Positions 1 through 21,074 of a DNA stretch of 32,000 bases are shown here, one piece after another. Location of the stretch: the sequence record OZ348804.1; one strand, given 5' to 3'. How positions within the stretch are numbered: the first letter of the stretch is position 1; the number at the start of each line of letters is the position of its first letter. Below the pieces are notes generated by a model, which saw nothing but the letters and a program-made list of their open reading frames with translations, made no database searches and was not told the DNA's origin. A program made the position numbers and the translations under genes.

Positions 1-4183
<4,183 letters not shown>

Positions 4184-4322
4184 TCTAAGTTTTCAAAGGG
4201 GTCTTTATTTTTGCTGCTATACAAAATTTATAGTTTTTTGGTAGAATAAAACTAGGTAGGATTAAATCGAGTTTACTCCCCCTTTGTGAATGTTAATTTT
4301 TTTTATATAGATATTTTATTTT

Positions 4323-4967
4323 ATGACGAAATTAGAATCGCTTTTAGAAGCTGGAGTACACTTCGGTCACCAAGTTGGCCGTTGGAACTCAAAAATGGCA
4401 CCATATATTTATGAAACAAAAAATGGTGTACATATTCTTGATCTTGTACAAACACTTAACGATCTTGAAAAAGCACGTGTTGTTTTAAATCGTTCAAAAA
4501 ACGTCTTATTTGTTGGAACACGTACACAGATTGCCCCAATTATTGAGGCAACAGCTCAGAAATGTAATGGGCACTACGTAAATACACGTTGGGTTGGTGG
4601 ACTTTTAACAAACTGGAAAACAATGTCTACATGCCTTGAAAAGTTAAATCGTTTAGATCGTCAATTAACTGATGATGCAAAATCACAAGGTTTTTCAAAA
4701 AAGGATATCCTTGCACTTAAAAAGCAACGTGAACGTCTTGAAAAATTTTTTGGAGGTTTACGTGGTTTATCAACATTACCAGATCTTGTTGTAATTGTCG
4801 GGCAGCCACATGAAAAAAATGCTGTTCAAGAATGCAAAAAATTAGGTATTCCAACAATTACATTACTTGATTCAAATTGTGATCCAACAATGTCAACATA
4901 TGGAATTACAGCAAATGATGATTCAACACGTTCTGTAGAACTTATTCTTGATTCACTCGTAGGATAA
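4323..4967 (+). CDS. rps2: ribosomal protein S2
   Basis: LLEAGVHFGHQ...RWN(S)KM, GGLLTNW and DPT..ITANDDS motifs. Canonical position after rpoC2. Confidence 0.93.
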   Translation: MTKLESLLEAGVHFGHQVGRWNSKMAPYIYETKNGVHILDLVQTLNDLEKARVVLNRSKNVLFVGTRTQIAPIIEATAQKCNGHYVNTRWVGGLLTNWKTMSTCLEKLNRLDRQLTDDAKSQGFSKKDILALKKQRERLEKFFGGLRGLSTLPDLVVIVGQPHEKNAVQECKKLGIPTITLLDSNCDPTMSTYGITANDDSTRSVELILDSLVG

Positions 4968-4985
4968 ATTCTTTTGAAGATGTAA

Positions 4986-5021
4986 AAAATTAAAGCTGAT
5001 GTGGTAGTCAGCTTTAATTTT
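4986..5021 (+). terminator. 3' stem-loop after rps2 (13-14 bp perfect stem, 8-nt loop)
   Basis: aaattaaagctga/tcagctttaattt inverted repeat read directly, 19 nt after the rps2 stop. Confidence 0.5.
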
Positions 5022-5101
5022 GATAGGATATAAATATATAATTTAGTTTCTATTTAAAAAAAAGCTTCATTTTTATATAAGTTTTGCTATACTTTGAATA
5101 C

Positions 5102-5175
5102 GGACAAGTAGCTCAGTTGGATAGAGTATGTGGCTACGAACTACAGTGTCGGGGGTTCGAGTCCCTCCTTGTCTG
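5102..5175 (+). tRNA. trnR(ACG): tRNA-Arg(ACG)
   Basis: Hand-folded cloverleaf: acceptor GGACAAG/CTTGTCT, anticodon loop CTACGAA, T-arm GGGGG-TTCGAGT-CCCTC. Confidence 0.88.
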
Positions 5176-5420
5176 CTAAATAAATTTAAATTAATGTTTT
5201 AACGGACTTATACTTTTGTTTCTACTAGATTGATTTTAAGAATTGTTTAATAACGAATACCGTCAGTTTTTTTTTAAAGTAATGTTTTTTTGAAAAAAAA
5301 CTTGTGTTAATTGATTTAAATCGAGTAAAATATAAGTAGTAGAAAACTGCAGAGATTTAAAAAAATTTGTTTTAGACAAATATAGATTTAAGTCGACTGA
5401 AATGATGATAGAGAAATTAG

Positions 5421-7857
<2,437 letters not shown>

Positions 7858-7869
7858 TTATAAACAGTT

Positions 7870-7895
7870 TTAAAGCTTATATTTTTAAGCTTTAA
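7870..7895 (+). terminator. first 3' stem-loop after psbC (10-bp perfect stem)
   Basis: ttaaagctta/taagctttaa inverted repeat, 13 nt after the stop. Confidence 0.45.
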
Positions 7896-7924
7896 TTCTT
7901 TATAGTTACACATAAAGACCATTA

Positions 7925-7954
7925 TGAGCTGCCTTATTTATTTACGGCAGCTCA
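7925..7954 (+). terminator. second 3' stem-loop after psbC (9-bp GC-containing stem)
   Basis: tgagctgcc/ggcagctca inverted repeat with a 12-nt loop. Confidence 0.45.
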
Positions 7955-8062
7955 CAGTACTTACTCTTTTTTATAATTTTAAAATTTAGCCTGACCGGTA
8001 AGGAAAGATGCAAGGTCATTAATCGCTTCCACCTATTTATTTTATTAATTTTTCTTATTATT

Positions 8063-8884
8063 ATGTTCGCTAAATCTGATCAACCAAGAGCGTTTTGTAT
8101 GGATAGCAGAGAATTTACACAGGCTGCCGATGGCATGCCGTTTTATTGTAACGGTCGTACTTTTTTGAAAATCGATGGGTGGGCGTTGCCAGTCACACAA
8201 CTTGGCCGAGCTGGAATTAAGCTTACTGAAACGTATTTAAATCAACCGATTCCTATTTCCATTGGTGATACAACTGCTATTTCATGTAATAATATTGAAA
8301 CTGATATTCCAAAAATCCTGAATTCATTTGTAAGAGAAGATCGAAATCGCGTAAATTTGAAAACGGAGTGTGATTCCCTTAAAAGTGAACTTGCTGAAAT
8401 GAAGAGTCATTTCGATACAGCTGAGAAACGAAGTTTGACCGCAGAAAGTCGTTGTGAAACTCTGGAATTTGAATTGAACTCGAAGGACATTGAATTGAAA
8501 GCTAAAACGGAACAAATTGCACGCTTACAAGCTGATGCACAACCAGCAAGATCGTCATTTCTCACATCGCCCAAAGCCAAAGTCATTATCCCAGTAAGCA
8601 CAATTGCAGCACTGGAAATTACGGCTTATAAAATGGACAAGCCTAAACTTGCCCCTTCGTACTGGTGTCGTAAAGCATGGGACGTAATTTTTTCTTCAAG
8701 CGATGCAAATTTAAGTCAACCTGAAAAGGAAACTGCTTCATCTAATATTGGTGAAACGAGACCAATTTTTGACGTTTCAGTAAACTCAGAGTATAAAAGC
8801 GTTCAACTTCAAGGAGTTTCACCGAATCCGCCAACTGATCTAATTCGTCCACCATTTATCTCGGTTTTTTCTTTTATTTTTTAA
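8063..8884 (+). CDS. orphan ORF (273 aa), hypothetical protein with a central coiled-coil. No recognisable plastid gene family.
   Basis: This is the longest open frame in an otherwise non-coding 1.3-kb psbC-rrs spacer, and no long ORF competes on either strand. A 10-bp hairpin follows it directly. Residues ~95-160 form a heptad-like charged helix (LKSELAEMKSHFDTAEKRSLTAESRCETLEFELNSKDIELKAKTEQIARLQ). Its codon usage differs from neighbouring genes. Expression is unproven. Confidence 0.55.
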   Translation: MFAKSDQPRAFCMDSREFTQAADGMPFYCNGRTFLKIDGWALPVTQLGRAGIKLTETYLNQPIPISIGDTTAISCNNIETDIPKILNSFVREDRNRVNLKTECDSLKSELAEMKSHFDTAEKRSLTAESRCETLEFELNSKDIELKAKTEQIARLQADAQPARSSFLTSPKAKVIIPVSTIAALEITAYKMDKPKLAPSYWCRKAWDVIFSSSDANLSQPEKETASSNIGETRPIFDVSVNSEYKSVQLQGVSPNPPTDLIRPPFISVFSFIF

Positions 8885-8893
8885 GTGAAACTT

Positions 8894-8917
8894 AGCGTTA
8901 ACCTTTCGGTTAACGCT
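8894..8917 (+). terminator. stem-loop 10 nt after the ORF273 stop (10-bp perfect stem, 4-nt loop)
   Basis: agcgttaacc-tttc-ggttaacgct read directly. Confidence 0.5.
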
Positions 8918-9202
8918 TGGTAGCGCTGTTTGTTTTAAATAATATAATTTTATATATCCATAATAAGGTAGGTTTTCCGAACCCTCTGTTTTTGAAGTTA
9001 CTTTTGTATTAATCTTTGTTTTTGTTTTATTCATATTTCAAGTGTTGTATTGATTAAGGTTTTATTGGTGTAAAAATTTGTGTTCTGTTTGTTTTTAATT
9101 TGGTGTTTATGTTTTGTGAAAGAGGCAGACACCCTATGCTTTTATGAGTGCAAGCTATACTTGTATATGGAAGCATTATTTTTTTTAATCTTCTCAAACA
9201 CA

Positions 9203-10693
<1,491 letters not shown>

Positions 10694-10768
10694 TTTAAAG
10701 ATGAATTAAGCGCGCATTTTTCAACCTAGTTGGCTTGCCACTAAAATATGAAAAATGCACCACGCTAC

Positions 10769-10842
<74 letters not shown>

Positions 10843-10848
10843 TGGCAC

Positions 10849-10921
10849 GGGGGTATAGCTCAGTTGGTAGAGCGCTGCCTTTGCAAGGCAGACGCCAGCG
10901 GTTCGAGTCCGCTTACCTCCA
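10849..10921 (+). tRNA. trnA(UGC): tRNA-Ala(UGC), uninterrupted
   Basis: GGGGGTATAGCTCAGTTGGTAGAGCGCTGCCTTTGCAAGGCAG... with a G3:U70 pair, in the 16S-23S spacer. Confidence 0.95.
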
Positions 10922-10987
10922 GCCAAGCCTAAGAAGCTTTCTTAGGCATATCAGAATTGCGGTTATTTGAATACACAAAACAAAATC

Positions 10988-13865
<2,878 letters not shown>

Positions 13866-13937
13866 TACCATAAGCAAGACTTGCTAGAATTTTCTAGGAA
13901 GCAATCGAACTACTTTGCTTAACAAAGTAGTTCTTTT

Positions 13938-14055
13938 TCTTGGTGTCTTCGTCGAGGTCGAGACACAGCATCCCTTTCCGAACTGCGTGGTGAAAGGCCT
14001 TTGAGATAACGATAGGATACGGGTAGCTGTATCTAAAAACATATCGATGCCAAGA
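13938..14055 (+). rRNA. rrf: 5S rRNA (divergent)
   Basis: About 118 nt. Terminal helix tcttggtg.../...gccaaga, internal CCGAAC motif, located about 70 nt after the 23S gene. An 11-bp spacer hairpin (13907-13933) precedes it. Confidence 0.75.
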
Positions 14056-14082
14056 AATATTTAATTAGAATGTTTATTCTAA

Positions 14083-14103
14083 GATGGAGCTTTGTGCTCC
14101 ATC
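14083..14103 (+). terminator. stem-loop after the rrn operon (8-bp stem gatggagc/gctccatc)
   Basis: Read directly. It is preceded by a second, weaker hairpin, ttagaat-gttt-attctaa, at about 14064-14082. Confidence 0.4.
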
Positions 14104-14271
14104 ATAAATTCATAACTTTATAGATTTTTTAACTTCATTTATTTGCATAATCAACTTCATACAAACTTTAAACAAGTTCTATTAATTATTATTCAATTTA
14201 TTTCTTAATCTTTTCAGAATAAGGTAGTTCTATGTATTTTCATTTTTTTGTACCATTTGATTTCTTGATTA

Positions 14272-14280
14272 TGGTATACT
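14272..14280 (+). promoter_or_regulatory. candidate psbA promoter, extended -10 (TGgTATACT)
   Basis: TGnTATACT lies 68 nt upstream of the psbA ATG. TATACT is the classical plastid psbA -10 box. I found no good -35 at 17-18 nt spacing. Confidence 0.4.
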
Positions 14281-14317
14281 AAAAAGTAACAGGTCTAAAA
14301 CATTTTAGATTGTGTAA

Positions 14318-15409
<1,092 letters not shown>

Positions 15410-15450
15410 TCAAGTTTAGATCCTTCTTTCTTTTAGAAAGAATATCTTTT

Positions 15451-15477
15451 CCCCTGGTTCCTTTTTGGAATCAGGGG
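15451..15477 (+). terminator. psbA 3' stem-loop (11-bp stem with one G-U pair)
   Basis: cccctggttcc-ttttt-ggaatcagggg, 42 nt after the stop. Confidence 0.5.
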
Positions 15478-15823
15478 AGTCTTTTATAAATCTTAGACTT
15501 CACAAAACTTCTTTAAACAAATATGACGAATCTTAACGTATTTTTTTTTGTATTCAGTCATCTTCATTAGTACCTACTCTTTGAATCCTTTTCGACAAGA
15601 AAAGGATTTGTAAAGAATGAATTTAAAGTTTTCACAAGGTTTTAGCGATGGGGAACAATTAATTCGTGAAGTTACAACCTTTTTCTAAACTTTTATATTG
15701 GTGTATATGTGTGAAGCTGTAGTGACTTTGTTTTGAGTTCTATTAAATTATTTGTATATGTTTGATTAATGGTGGAGCATGAAGTGTACAGAGTACACTC
15801 CATTTCTACAAACATAAGTATCC

Positions 15824-16012
15824 TTATGACACAAAAGAGTTAAGTGCTCCAACTACGAATACTAAAAGGATCCAAAGGGCAGATCCAGATAATACAAGAC
15901 CTTTTGATGATGCCCATCCCTCAGGTGAAGCGAGGAGTACTGGTACTCCAACAACAAGAGCTAATGAAAGTCCAATGAAAGCAAGAAGTGTAAGTTGGAA
16001 AATAACAAGCAT
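15824..16012 (-). CDS. psbZ: photosystem II protein Z (ycf9), 62 aa
   Basis: Two-helix hydrophobic protein [33 protein letters not shown]...[17 protein letters not shown], matching the PsbZ pattern. A 7-bp hairpin lies downstream at 15783-15799. Confidence 0.9.
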   Translation of the reverse strand: MLVIFQLTLLAFIGLSLALVVGVPVLLASPEGWASSKGLVLSGSALWILLVFVVGALNSFVS

Positions 16013-16354
16013 AAAATCGATGTGCGTAAATGAAATATATTTTTATAAAATATATTCTTTATTCAAAGCTTAATCTAAAAAGGGATTTAAACACATGTAC
16101 TAGAATTATTTCTAAAAACTAGGTTTAATCGGATTGAATGAATAAGCCGGTTCGATGTTATTTAATAAAACATCGAACTACTCATATACTAGCATTTTCA
16201 TTACAATCTGCCTAGAATTGATTACTATTCCAACAGAATTTCTTAAAAAAAAGTTTTCTTTTGGATTTGTATACACTACCATAAAAAGAACAGAAAATTT
16301 TATTCGTTCATTTATAGTTTAAATCAAATTATCAAAGTATTAGTTTGAAAAAAT

Positions 16355-16426
16355 TGGCTCGAACGGGGATTGAACCTGTGACCTTGGGATTATGAGTCCC
16401 CTGCTCTACCACTAAGCTACCGAGCC
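16355..16426 (-). tRNA. trnM(CAU): tRNA(CAU), elongator-Met-like
   Basis: The reverse complement GGCTCGGTAGCTTAGTGGTAGAGCAGGGGACTCATAATCCCAAGGTCACAGGTTCAATCCCCGTTCGAGCCA folds as a 72-nt cloverleaf with a paired G1-C72. The T-arm ACAGG/CCCGT resembles bacterial elongator tRNA-Met. Ile(CAU, lysidine) identity cannot be excluded. Confidence 0.8.
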
Positions 16427-16546
16427 TCTATTCTATTTTAACGTAATGTTGTTTTTATTCAAGCCTCTTTTTTTTCGAAGAAATTTACTTTTTCTTTTTT
16501 TTAAATACGTTTAAAATAAATTTGATTTTAGTTTTTTCTTTATCAA

Positions 16547-16631
16547 GCACTGATGGCAGAATGGTTAATGCAGCGGGCTCATAACCCGTCATTCTTCGGA
16601 ATATTTCCCGGTTCAAATCCGGGTCAGTGTA
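16547..16631 (+). tRNA. atypical 85-nt tRNA(CAU) with a 17-nt variable arm. Identity is ambiguous: initiator Met or Ile-lysidine.
   Basis: Hand fold: acceptor GCACTGA/TCAGTGT (G1-U72), D-arm GCA-GAATGGTTAA-TGC, anticodon arm GCGGG-CTCATAA-CCCGT, variable arm C-ATTC-TTCG-GAAT-ATTT, T-arm CCCGG-TTCAAAT-CCGGG. Confidence 0.7.
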
Positions 16632-16830
16632 ATGTTATTAAATCGTTTTAAGACAATTAAAAAACATGTAAAATAGTAGTATTATCTACACAGTACCCTT
16701 ACGGGTGCTATCATATATAAAAAATATGTTGTAATTACTTTGGTGTATACCAACAGTTTTTTTCATAGTGTGTTGTATAACACTTATTTTACTTGCTTAT
16801 TTTATTGCTTCCTGATGGAACCTAACGCTT

Positions 16831-17094
16831 ATGATTGACTTCATTAAACGCGTGATTGTAACTCAAAAATCGACAACGCTTCTTGAGTCAGAGCGCTATA
16901 CGTTTGATGTGGATGTACATCTTAAAAAGACCGACATCAAAGCCCTTGTAGAGGACCTTTATGATGTCCAGGTTATTTCAGTGAACACACATCGTCTCCC
17001 CCGAAAGAAATCGGCATTTGGTGGTGTGCGCCCTCGAACAAAGCGCGCCATCATTCGATTAAAATCTGGAGACTCATTACCTATTTTTGATTAA
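16831..17094 (+). CDS. rpl23: ribosomal protein L23
   Basis: 87 aa. The pattern (TEKS-like ...[17 protein letters not shown]...[21 protein letters not shown]) and the position before rpl2 both fit. Confidence 0.88.
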   Translation: MIDFIKRVIVTQKSTTLLESERYTFDVDVHLKKTDIKALVEDLYDVQVISVNTHRLPRKKSAFGGVRPRTKRAIIRLKSGDSLPIFD

Positions 17095-17095
17095 T

Positions 17096-17929
17096 ATGGC
17101 TCTTCGTTTTTACAAAGCATATACTCCGGGAACACGTCACCGTTCCGTATCGGATTGTACAGAATTAAGTAAGACTCGCCCAGAAAAGTCTTTAACTCGC
17201 TCTTTGCACCGTGCAAAGGGACGTAATAATCGTGGTGTAATTACTTGCCGCCACCGTGGTGGTGGACATAAACGTTTATACCGTCAAATTGATTTCCGTC
17301 GTAATAAATACGACATGAGCGCTGAAGTGCAAACAATTGAATATGACCCAAACCGTAATTCTCGTATTGCTCTTGTACAATATGAAGATGGTGAAAAACG
17401 TTATATTCTTCAGCCAACTGGTTTAAAAGTTGGTGACAAAATTATTGCAAGCACAGAAGCTCCAAATGCAATCGGAAACTCACTTCCTCTTGCTTCAATG
17501 CCATTAGGAGTGCAAATTCATAATATTGAAATGCATCCTAAAAAAGGTGGACAACTTGTTCGTTCAGCGGGCGGTGTTGCTCAACTTGTAGCAAAAGAAG
17601 GGGATTTTGTAACCGTGCGCCTTCCATCTGGGGAAGTTCGTCTTTTAAACAACCAATGTTGGGCTACTATTGGCCAAGTTGGTAATAGTGAGGTAATGAA
17701 CCTTTCTATTGGAAAAGCGGGACGTTCACGTTGGCTTGGAAAACGTCCAACAGTACGTGGAAGTGTAATGAACCCAGTGGATCACCCACATGGTGGTGGT
17801 GAAGGACGTTGCCCAGTGGGTCGTTCGCAACCTATGACACCGTGGGGAAAACCTGCACTTGGTCGTAAGACACGTGCACGTAAAAAGTATAGCGATAGTC
17901 TTATTCTTCGCCGAAGAAAAGTTTCATAA
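17096..17929 (+). CDS. rpl2: ribosomal protein L2, no intron
   Basis: [16 protein letters not shown]..., [32 protein letters not shown]. The ATG at 17096 was chosen over the TTG at 17087 used in the track. Confidence 0.96.
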   Translation: MALRFYKAYTPGTRHRSVSDCTELSKTRPEKSLTRSLHRAKGRNNRGVITCRHRGGGHKRLYRQIDFRRNKYDMSAEVQTIEYDPNRNSRIALVQYEDGEKRYILQPTGLKVGDKIIASTEAPNAIGNSLPLASMPLGVQIHNIEMHPKKGGQLVRSAGGVAQLVAKEGDFVTVRLPSGEVRLLNNQCWATIGQVGNSEVMNLSIGKAGRSRWLGKRPTVRGSVMNPVDHPHGGGEGRCPVGRSQPMTPWGKPALGRKTRARKKYSDSLILRRRKVS

Positions 17930-17944
17930 ATCTTCTTATATCTT

Positions 17945-18223
17945 ATGGCTCGTTCTCTTAAAAAAGGTCCTTTTGTAGCGCACAAACTTATGAAAAAGAT
18001 TGAAGCGTTACATGCAAAAGGAGAAAAATCAGTTATTTCAACATGGTCCCGTGGATCTACTATTACACCAATTATGATTGGGCACACAATTGCTGTGCAT
18101 AATGGTCGTGAGCACATTCCAGTGTTCGTTACAGATCAAATGGTTGGTCATAAATTAGGAGAATTTTCTCCAACACGTACATTTCGTGGTCATGTAAAAA
18201 CTGACAAAAAATCTCGCCGTTAA
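17945..18223 (+). CDS. rps19: ribosomal protein S19
   Basis: [12 protein letters not shown]...[25 protein letters not shown]. Confidence 0.96.
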   Translation: MARSLKKGPFVAHKLMKKIEALHAKGEKSVISTWSRGSTITPIMIGHTIAVHNGREHIPVFVTDQMVGHKLGEFSPTRTFRGHVKTDKKSRR

Positions 18224-18262
18224 TTAACGTGCGTGGTGTTGATTTTGAATTAGAAAAATACT

Positions 18263-18898
18263 ATGGGTCAAAAAGTTCATCCTCTTGGATTTCGAATTGG
18301 TGTAACTCAAACACACCGTTCGCAATGGTTTGCAAAACCAAAAGATTATGCCAACTTGGTTAAGGAAGATCTTATTATCCGTGATTATGTTGCTCAGCAG
18401 CTTTCAAATGCGAGTATTTCACGTGTTAATATTTCTCGCCAAGTCGATCGTATTGAGATCGAATTCTTTACAGCCCGCCCCAGTGCTCTTGTAGGTACAA
18501 AAGGGGAAGCCTTAGTAAAAGTGCGTGAAGCATTAAAGGCAAAACTTCCAGCACACCGTAGTGTTGCATTATATGTAACAAAAACGGTACAACCTGAACT
18601 TGATGCGGTTTGTGTTGCAGAAAACATCGCAATGCAATTAGAAAAACGTGCACCATTCCGACGAGCAATTCGTCAAGCACTTCGAAGTGCTCAAAAAGCT
18701 GGTGCTGTAGGAATCAAAGTACAGATTGCTGGACGTTTAAATGGGGCTGAAATTGCACGAAGTGAGTGGGCACGAGAAGGTCGTGTTCCATTACATACCA
18801 TTCGTGCAGATATTGATTATGCCACAGCGCGTGCACAAACTGTGTATGGGATTTTAGGTATTAAAGTCTGGGTATGTAAGGGGGATAACAAATGTTAA
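18263..18898 (+). CDS. rps3: ribosomal protein S3
   Basis: [13 protein letters not shown]....[28 protein letters not shown]. It directly follows rps19, with no rpl22 between them. Confidence 0.95.
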   Translation: MGQKVHPLGFRIGVTQTHRSQWFAKPKDYANLVKEDLIIRDYVAQQLSNASISRVNISRQVDRIEIEFFTARPSALVGTKGEALVKVREALKAKLPAHRSVALYVTKTVQPELDAVCVAENIAMQLEKRAPFRRAIRQALRSAQKAGAVGIKVQIAGRLNGAEIARSEWAREGRVPLHTIRADIDYATARAQTVYGILGIKVWVCKGDNKC

Positions 18899-19314
18899 GT
18901 CCAAAACGAACAAAATATCGTAAGCCTCACCGTGGGCGTTTAAAAGGTAAAGCTATGCGTGGAAACAAAATTGCTTTTGGTGATTTTGCTCTTCAAGCCC
19001 TTGAGCCCGGATGGATTACTTCACGTCAAATTGAAGCAGGTCGTCGTTCAATGAGTCGTTATGCTCGACGTGGTGGAAAACTTTGGATTCGTGTTTTCCC
19101 TGATAAATCTATTACAGCTCGTGCAGCTGAAACACGTATGGGAGCTGGAAAAGGAGCTCCAGATTATTGGGTTGCTGTGGTAAAACCAGGTAAAATCTTA
19201 TATGAAATGCGTGGAGTATCTGAAGCAATTGCTCGTTCATCGATGCGTATTGCAGCTTATAAAATGCCTGTAAAAACAAAATTCCTTATTCGTGAGGGGT
19301 TTGTTGCAGAATAA
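18892..19314 (+). CDS. rpl16: ribosomal protein L16
   Basis: [33 protein letters not shown]. Overlaps the rps3 stop by 7 nt. Confidence 0.96.
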   Translation: MLSPKRTKYRKPHRGRLKGKAMRGNKIAFGDFALQALEPGWITSRQIEAGRRSMSRYARRGGKLWIRVFPDKSITARAAETRMGAGKGAPDYWVAVVKPGKILYEMRGVSEAIARSSMRIAAYKMPVKTKFLIREGFVAE

Positions 19315-19362
19315 ATTTTTTATTCCACAATAAATGTCTCTTTAAATGATTGTTTAATTCCC

Positions 19363-19722
19363 ATGATTCAACCACAAACTTATCTTGAGGTTGCCGATAA
19401 TAGTGGTGCGCGTAAACTTATGTGTATCCGTGTTTTAAATCGGCAATATGGAAATATTGGTGATGTAATTCTTGCTGTTGTAAAGGAAGCATTACCAAAT
19501 ATGCCAGTAAAAAAATCTGATGTTGTTCGTGCTGTTGTAGTACGTACAGCTCACACAGTGCAACGTGAAAACGGGATGTCAATCCGTTTTGATGATAATG
19601 CAGCTGTAATTATTAATAAAGAAGGGAACCCACGTGGAACACGTGTTTTCGGACCAATCGCTCGCGAATTACGTGAACGTGATTTTATGAAAATTGTTTC
19701 CCTTGCCCCTGAGGTTCTTTAA
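19363..19722 (+). CDS. rpl14: ribosomal protein L14
   Basis: [25 protein letters not shown]... Confidence 0.96.
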   Translation: MIQPQTYLEVADNSGARKLMCIRVLNRQYGNIGDVILAVVKEALPNMPVKKSDVVRAVVVRTAHTVQRENGMSIRFDDNAAVIINKEGNPRGTRVFGPIARELRERDFMKIVSLAPEVL

Positions 19723-19736
19723 GTTTTTTATCGCTT

Positions 19737-20291
19737 ATGATTCAACGCCTTCATAATTTGTATTTAACAAAGGTGCGTACAACACTTACGGAGCAATTCC
19801 AATATAAAAATACGCACCAAATCCCACACCTTGAAAAGATTGTAATCAATCGAGGTATTGGGGATGCTTCACAAAATGCGAAGCTTCTCGAATCATTATC
19901 GGGTGAGCTTACAGTATTAGCAGGACAAACACCTGTTGTGAAACGTTCAAAGAAAGCTATTGCCGGTTTCCAAATTCGTGAAGATATGCCGATTGGGCTT
20001 TCTGTAACGTTACGTGGAGATCGTATGTATGCCTTCTTCGACCGACTTGTAAACCTTGCACTTCCACGTATTCGTGATTTCCAAGGAATTAGTCCAAAAA
20101 GTTTTGATGGTCATGGAAATTTTAATCTTGGTTTAGATGAACAATTAATGTTCCCTGAATTAAGTTATGACACTATTGATCAAATTCGTGGAATGGACAT
20201 CGCTATTGTGACATCAGCAACAAGTGACCAAGAAGGGCGTGCTCTTTTAAAGGAACTTGGGATGCCATTCCGAGAAAAAGCAATTAAGTAA
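19737..20291 (+). CDS. rpl5: ribosomal protein L5
   Basis: [32 protein letters not shown]...G..EQ..FPE. Confidence 0.94.
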   Translation: MIQRLHNLYLTKVRTTLTEQFQYKNTHQIPHLEKIVINRGIGDASQNAKLLESLSGELTVLAGQTPVVKRSKKAIAGFQIREDMPIGLSVTLRGDRMYAFFDRLVNLALPRIRDFQGISPKSFDGHGNFNLGLDEQLMFPELSYDTIDQIRGMDIAIVTSATSDQEGRALLKELGMPFREKAIK

Positions 20292-20341
20292 ATTAATAGC
20301 ACCACACAAAAGGTGTGGACATGCTCAGTAGAGGAAATGTT

Positions 20342-20710
20342 ATGATTAATGACACAATTGCAGATATGCTTACGCGTTTACGTAATGCACATCTTGCAGA
20401 TAAAACATCCGTTGTATTGCGTGCTACTCGAGTAACACGTAATATTGCACAATTATTATTCCAAGAAGGTTTTCTTTCCAGTGTAGAACCGGAAGTTAAT
20501 GGAATGTTTGAAGTGACGTTAAAGCGTTCAGTAAAAACATTTCAACGTGTAAGTACTCCTGGAGTTCGTATGTATGTAAACCATAAAGAACTTCCTCGCG
20601 TTTTAAACGGAATGGGTATCGCAATTATTTCAACGTCACAAGGAATTATGACTGAGAAAAAAGCACGTACTTTAGGAATTGGTGGTGAAGTGCTCTGTTA
20701 CCTTTGGTAA
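20342..20710 (+). CDS. rps8: ribosomal protein S8
   Basis: M-INDTIADMLTRLRNA is the canonical N-terminus. GAGGA lies 6 nt upstream of the ATG at 20342. The GTG at 20315 in the track adds 9 non-conserved residues. Confidence 0.93.
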   Translation: MINDTIADMLTRLRNAHLADKTSVVLRATRVTRNIAQLLFQEGFLSSVEPEVNGMFEVTLKRSVKTFQRVSTPGVRMYVNHKELPRVLNGMGIAIISTSQGIMTEKKARTLGIGGEVLCYLW

Positions 20711-20713
20711 TAT

Positions 20714-20950
20714 ATGGCTGATCGCGAACTTATTGAAATGGAAGGTACAGTTATTGAATCCCTTCCCAATGCAATGTTTCAAGTTGAACTTGAAAATGGT
20801 TTCCAAGTACTAGCTCATATTTCCGGAAAAATCCGAAGAAATTCAATTAAGATTCTTTTAGGAGATCGTGTAACAGTTGAGTTAACGCCTTACGATTTAA
20901 CGAAAGGTCGCATTACATACCGTTTACGAAATACAGGCAGAAATCAATAA
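20714..20950 (+). CDS. infA: translation initiation factor IF-1
   Basis: [57 protein letters not shown]. Confidence 0.95.
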   Translation: MADRELIEMEGTVIESLPNAMFQVELENGFQVLAHISGKIRRNSIKILLGDRVTVELTPYDLTKGRITYRLRNTGRNQ

Positions 20951-21074
20951 CTGATTTTTTTTATTTGTATTCAAACCGGATCAGATATTCCCACCATATA
21001 TCTGTTTATATGACTACCATTTGGGTTCATCTTCAGTTTGAGCCTTTTTTATTTTATATTAGTAAATTTATACT

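Noticed and set aside
4193-4288. Long-range complementarity (caaagggg ... cccctttg) spanning about 90 nt of the rpoC2-rps2 spacer, considered as a possible structured RNA.
   Set aside because: It has only an 8-bp closing helix with an AT-rich, unstructured interior, and no tRNA or Rfam-like motif that I recognise.
8840-9034. A minus-strand 64-aa Lys/Asn/Thr-rich ORF overlapping the ORF273 3' end and the rrs upstream spacer.
   Set aside because: It is a low-complexity translation of AT-rich spacer, with no start context and no family resemblance.
9040-9200. Candidate sigma70-type promoters upstream of rrs (for example TTGATT-N16-AAAAAT around 9051-9078 and TTGTAT-N17-TTTAAT around 9161-9189), and upstream of psbD (TTGTGT-N18-TAAAAT at 5302-5331).
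   Set aside because: These are weak hexamers in very AT-rich DNA where such matches arise by chance. Several mutually exclusive candidates exist, so none can be supported without 5'-end mapping.
15617-15688. A 23-aa ATG ORF (MNLKFSQGFSDGEQLIREVTTFF) in the psbA-psbZ spacer, and a 28-aa TTG-initiated hydrophobic ORF on the minus strand at 27522-27608. Both were examined as possible missed small thylakoid genes.
   Set aside because: Neither matches any small plastid protein I know (psbT/N/M/L/J, petL/N, psaI/M, ycf12, rpl32/36). One lacks an ATG start. Both are too short to support without conservation data.
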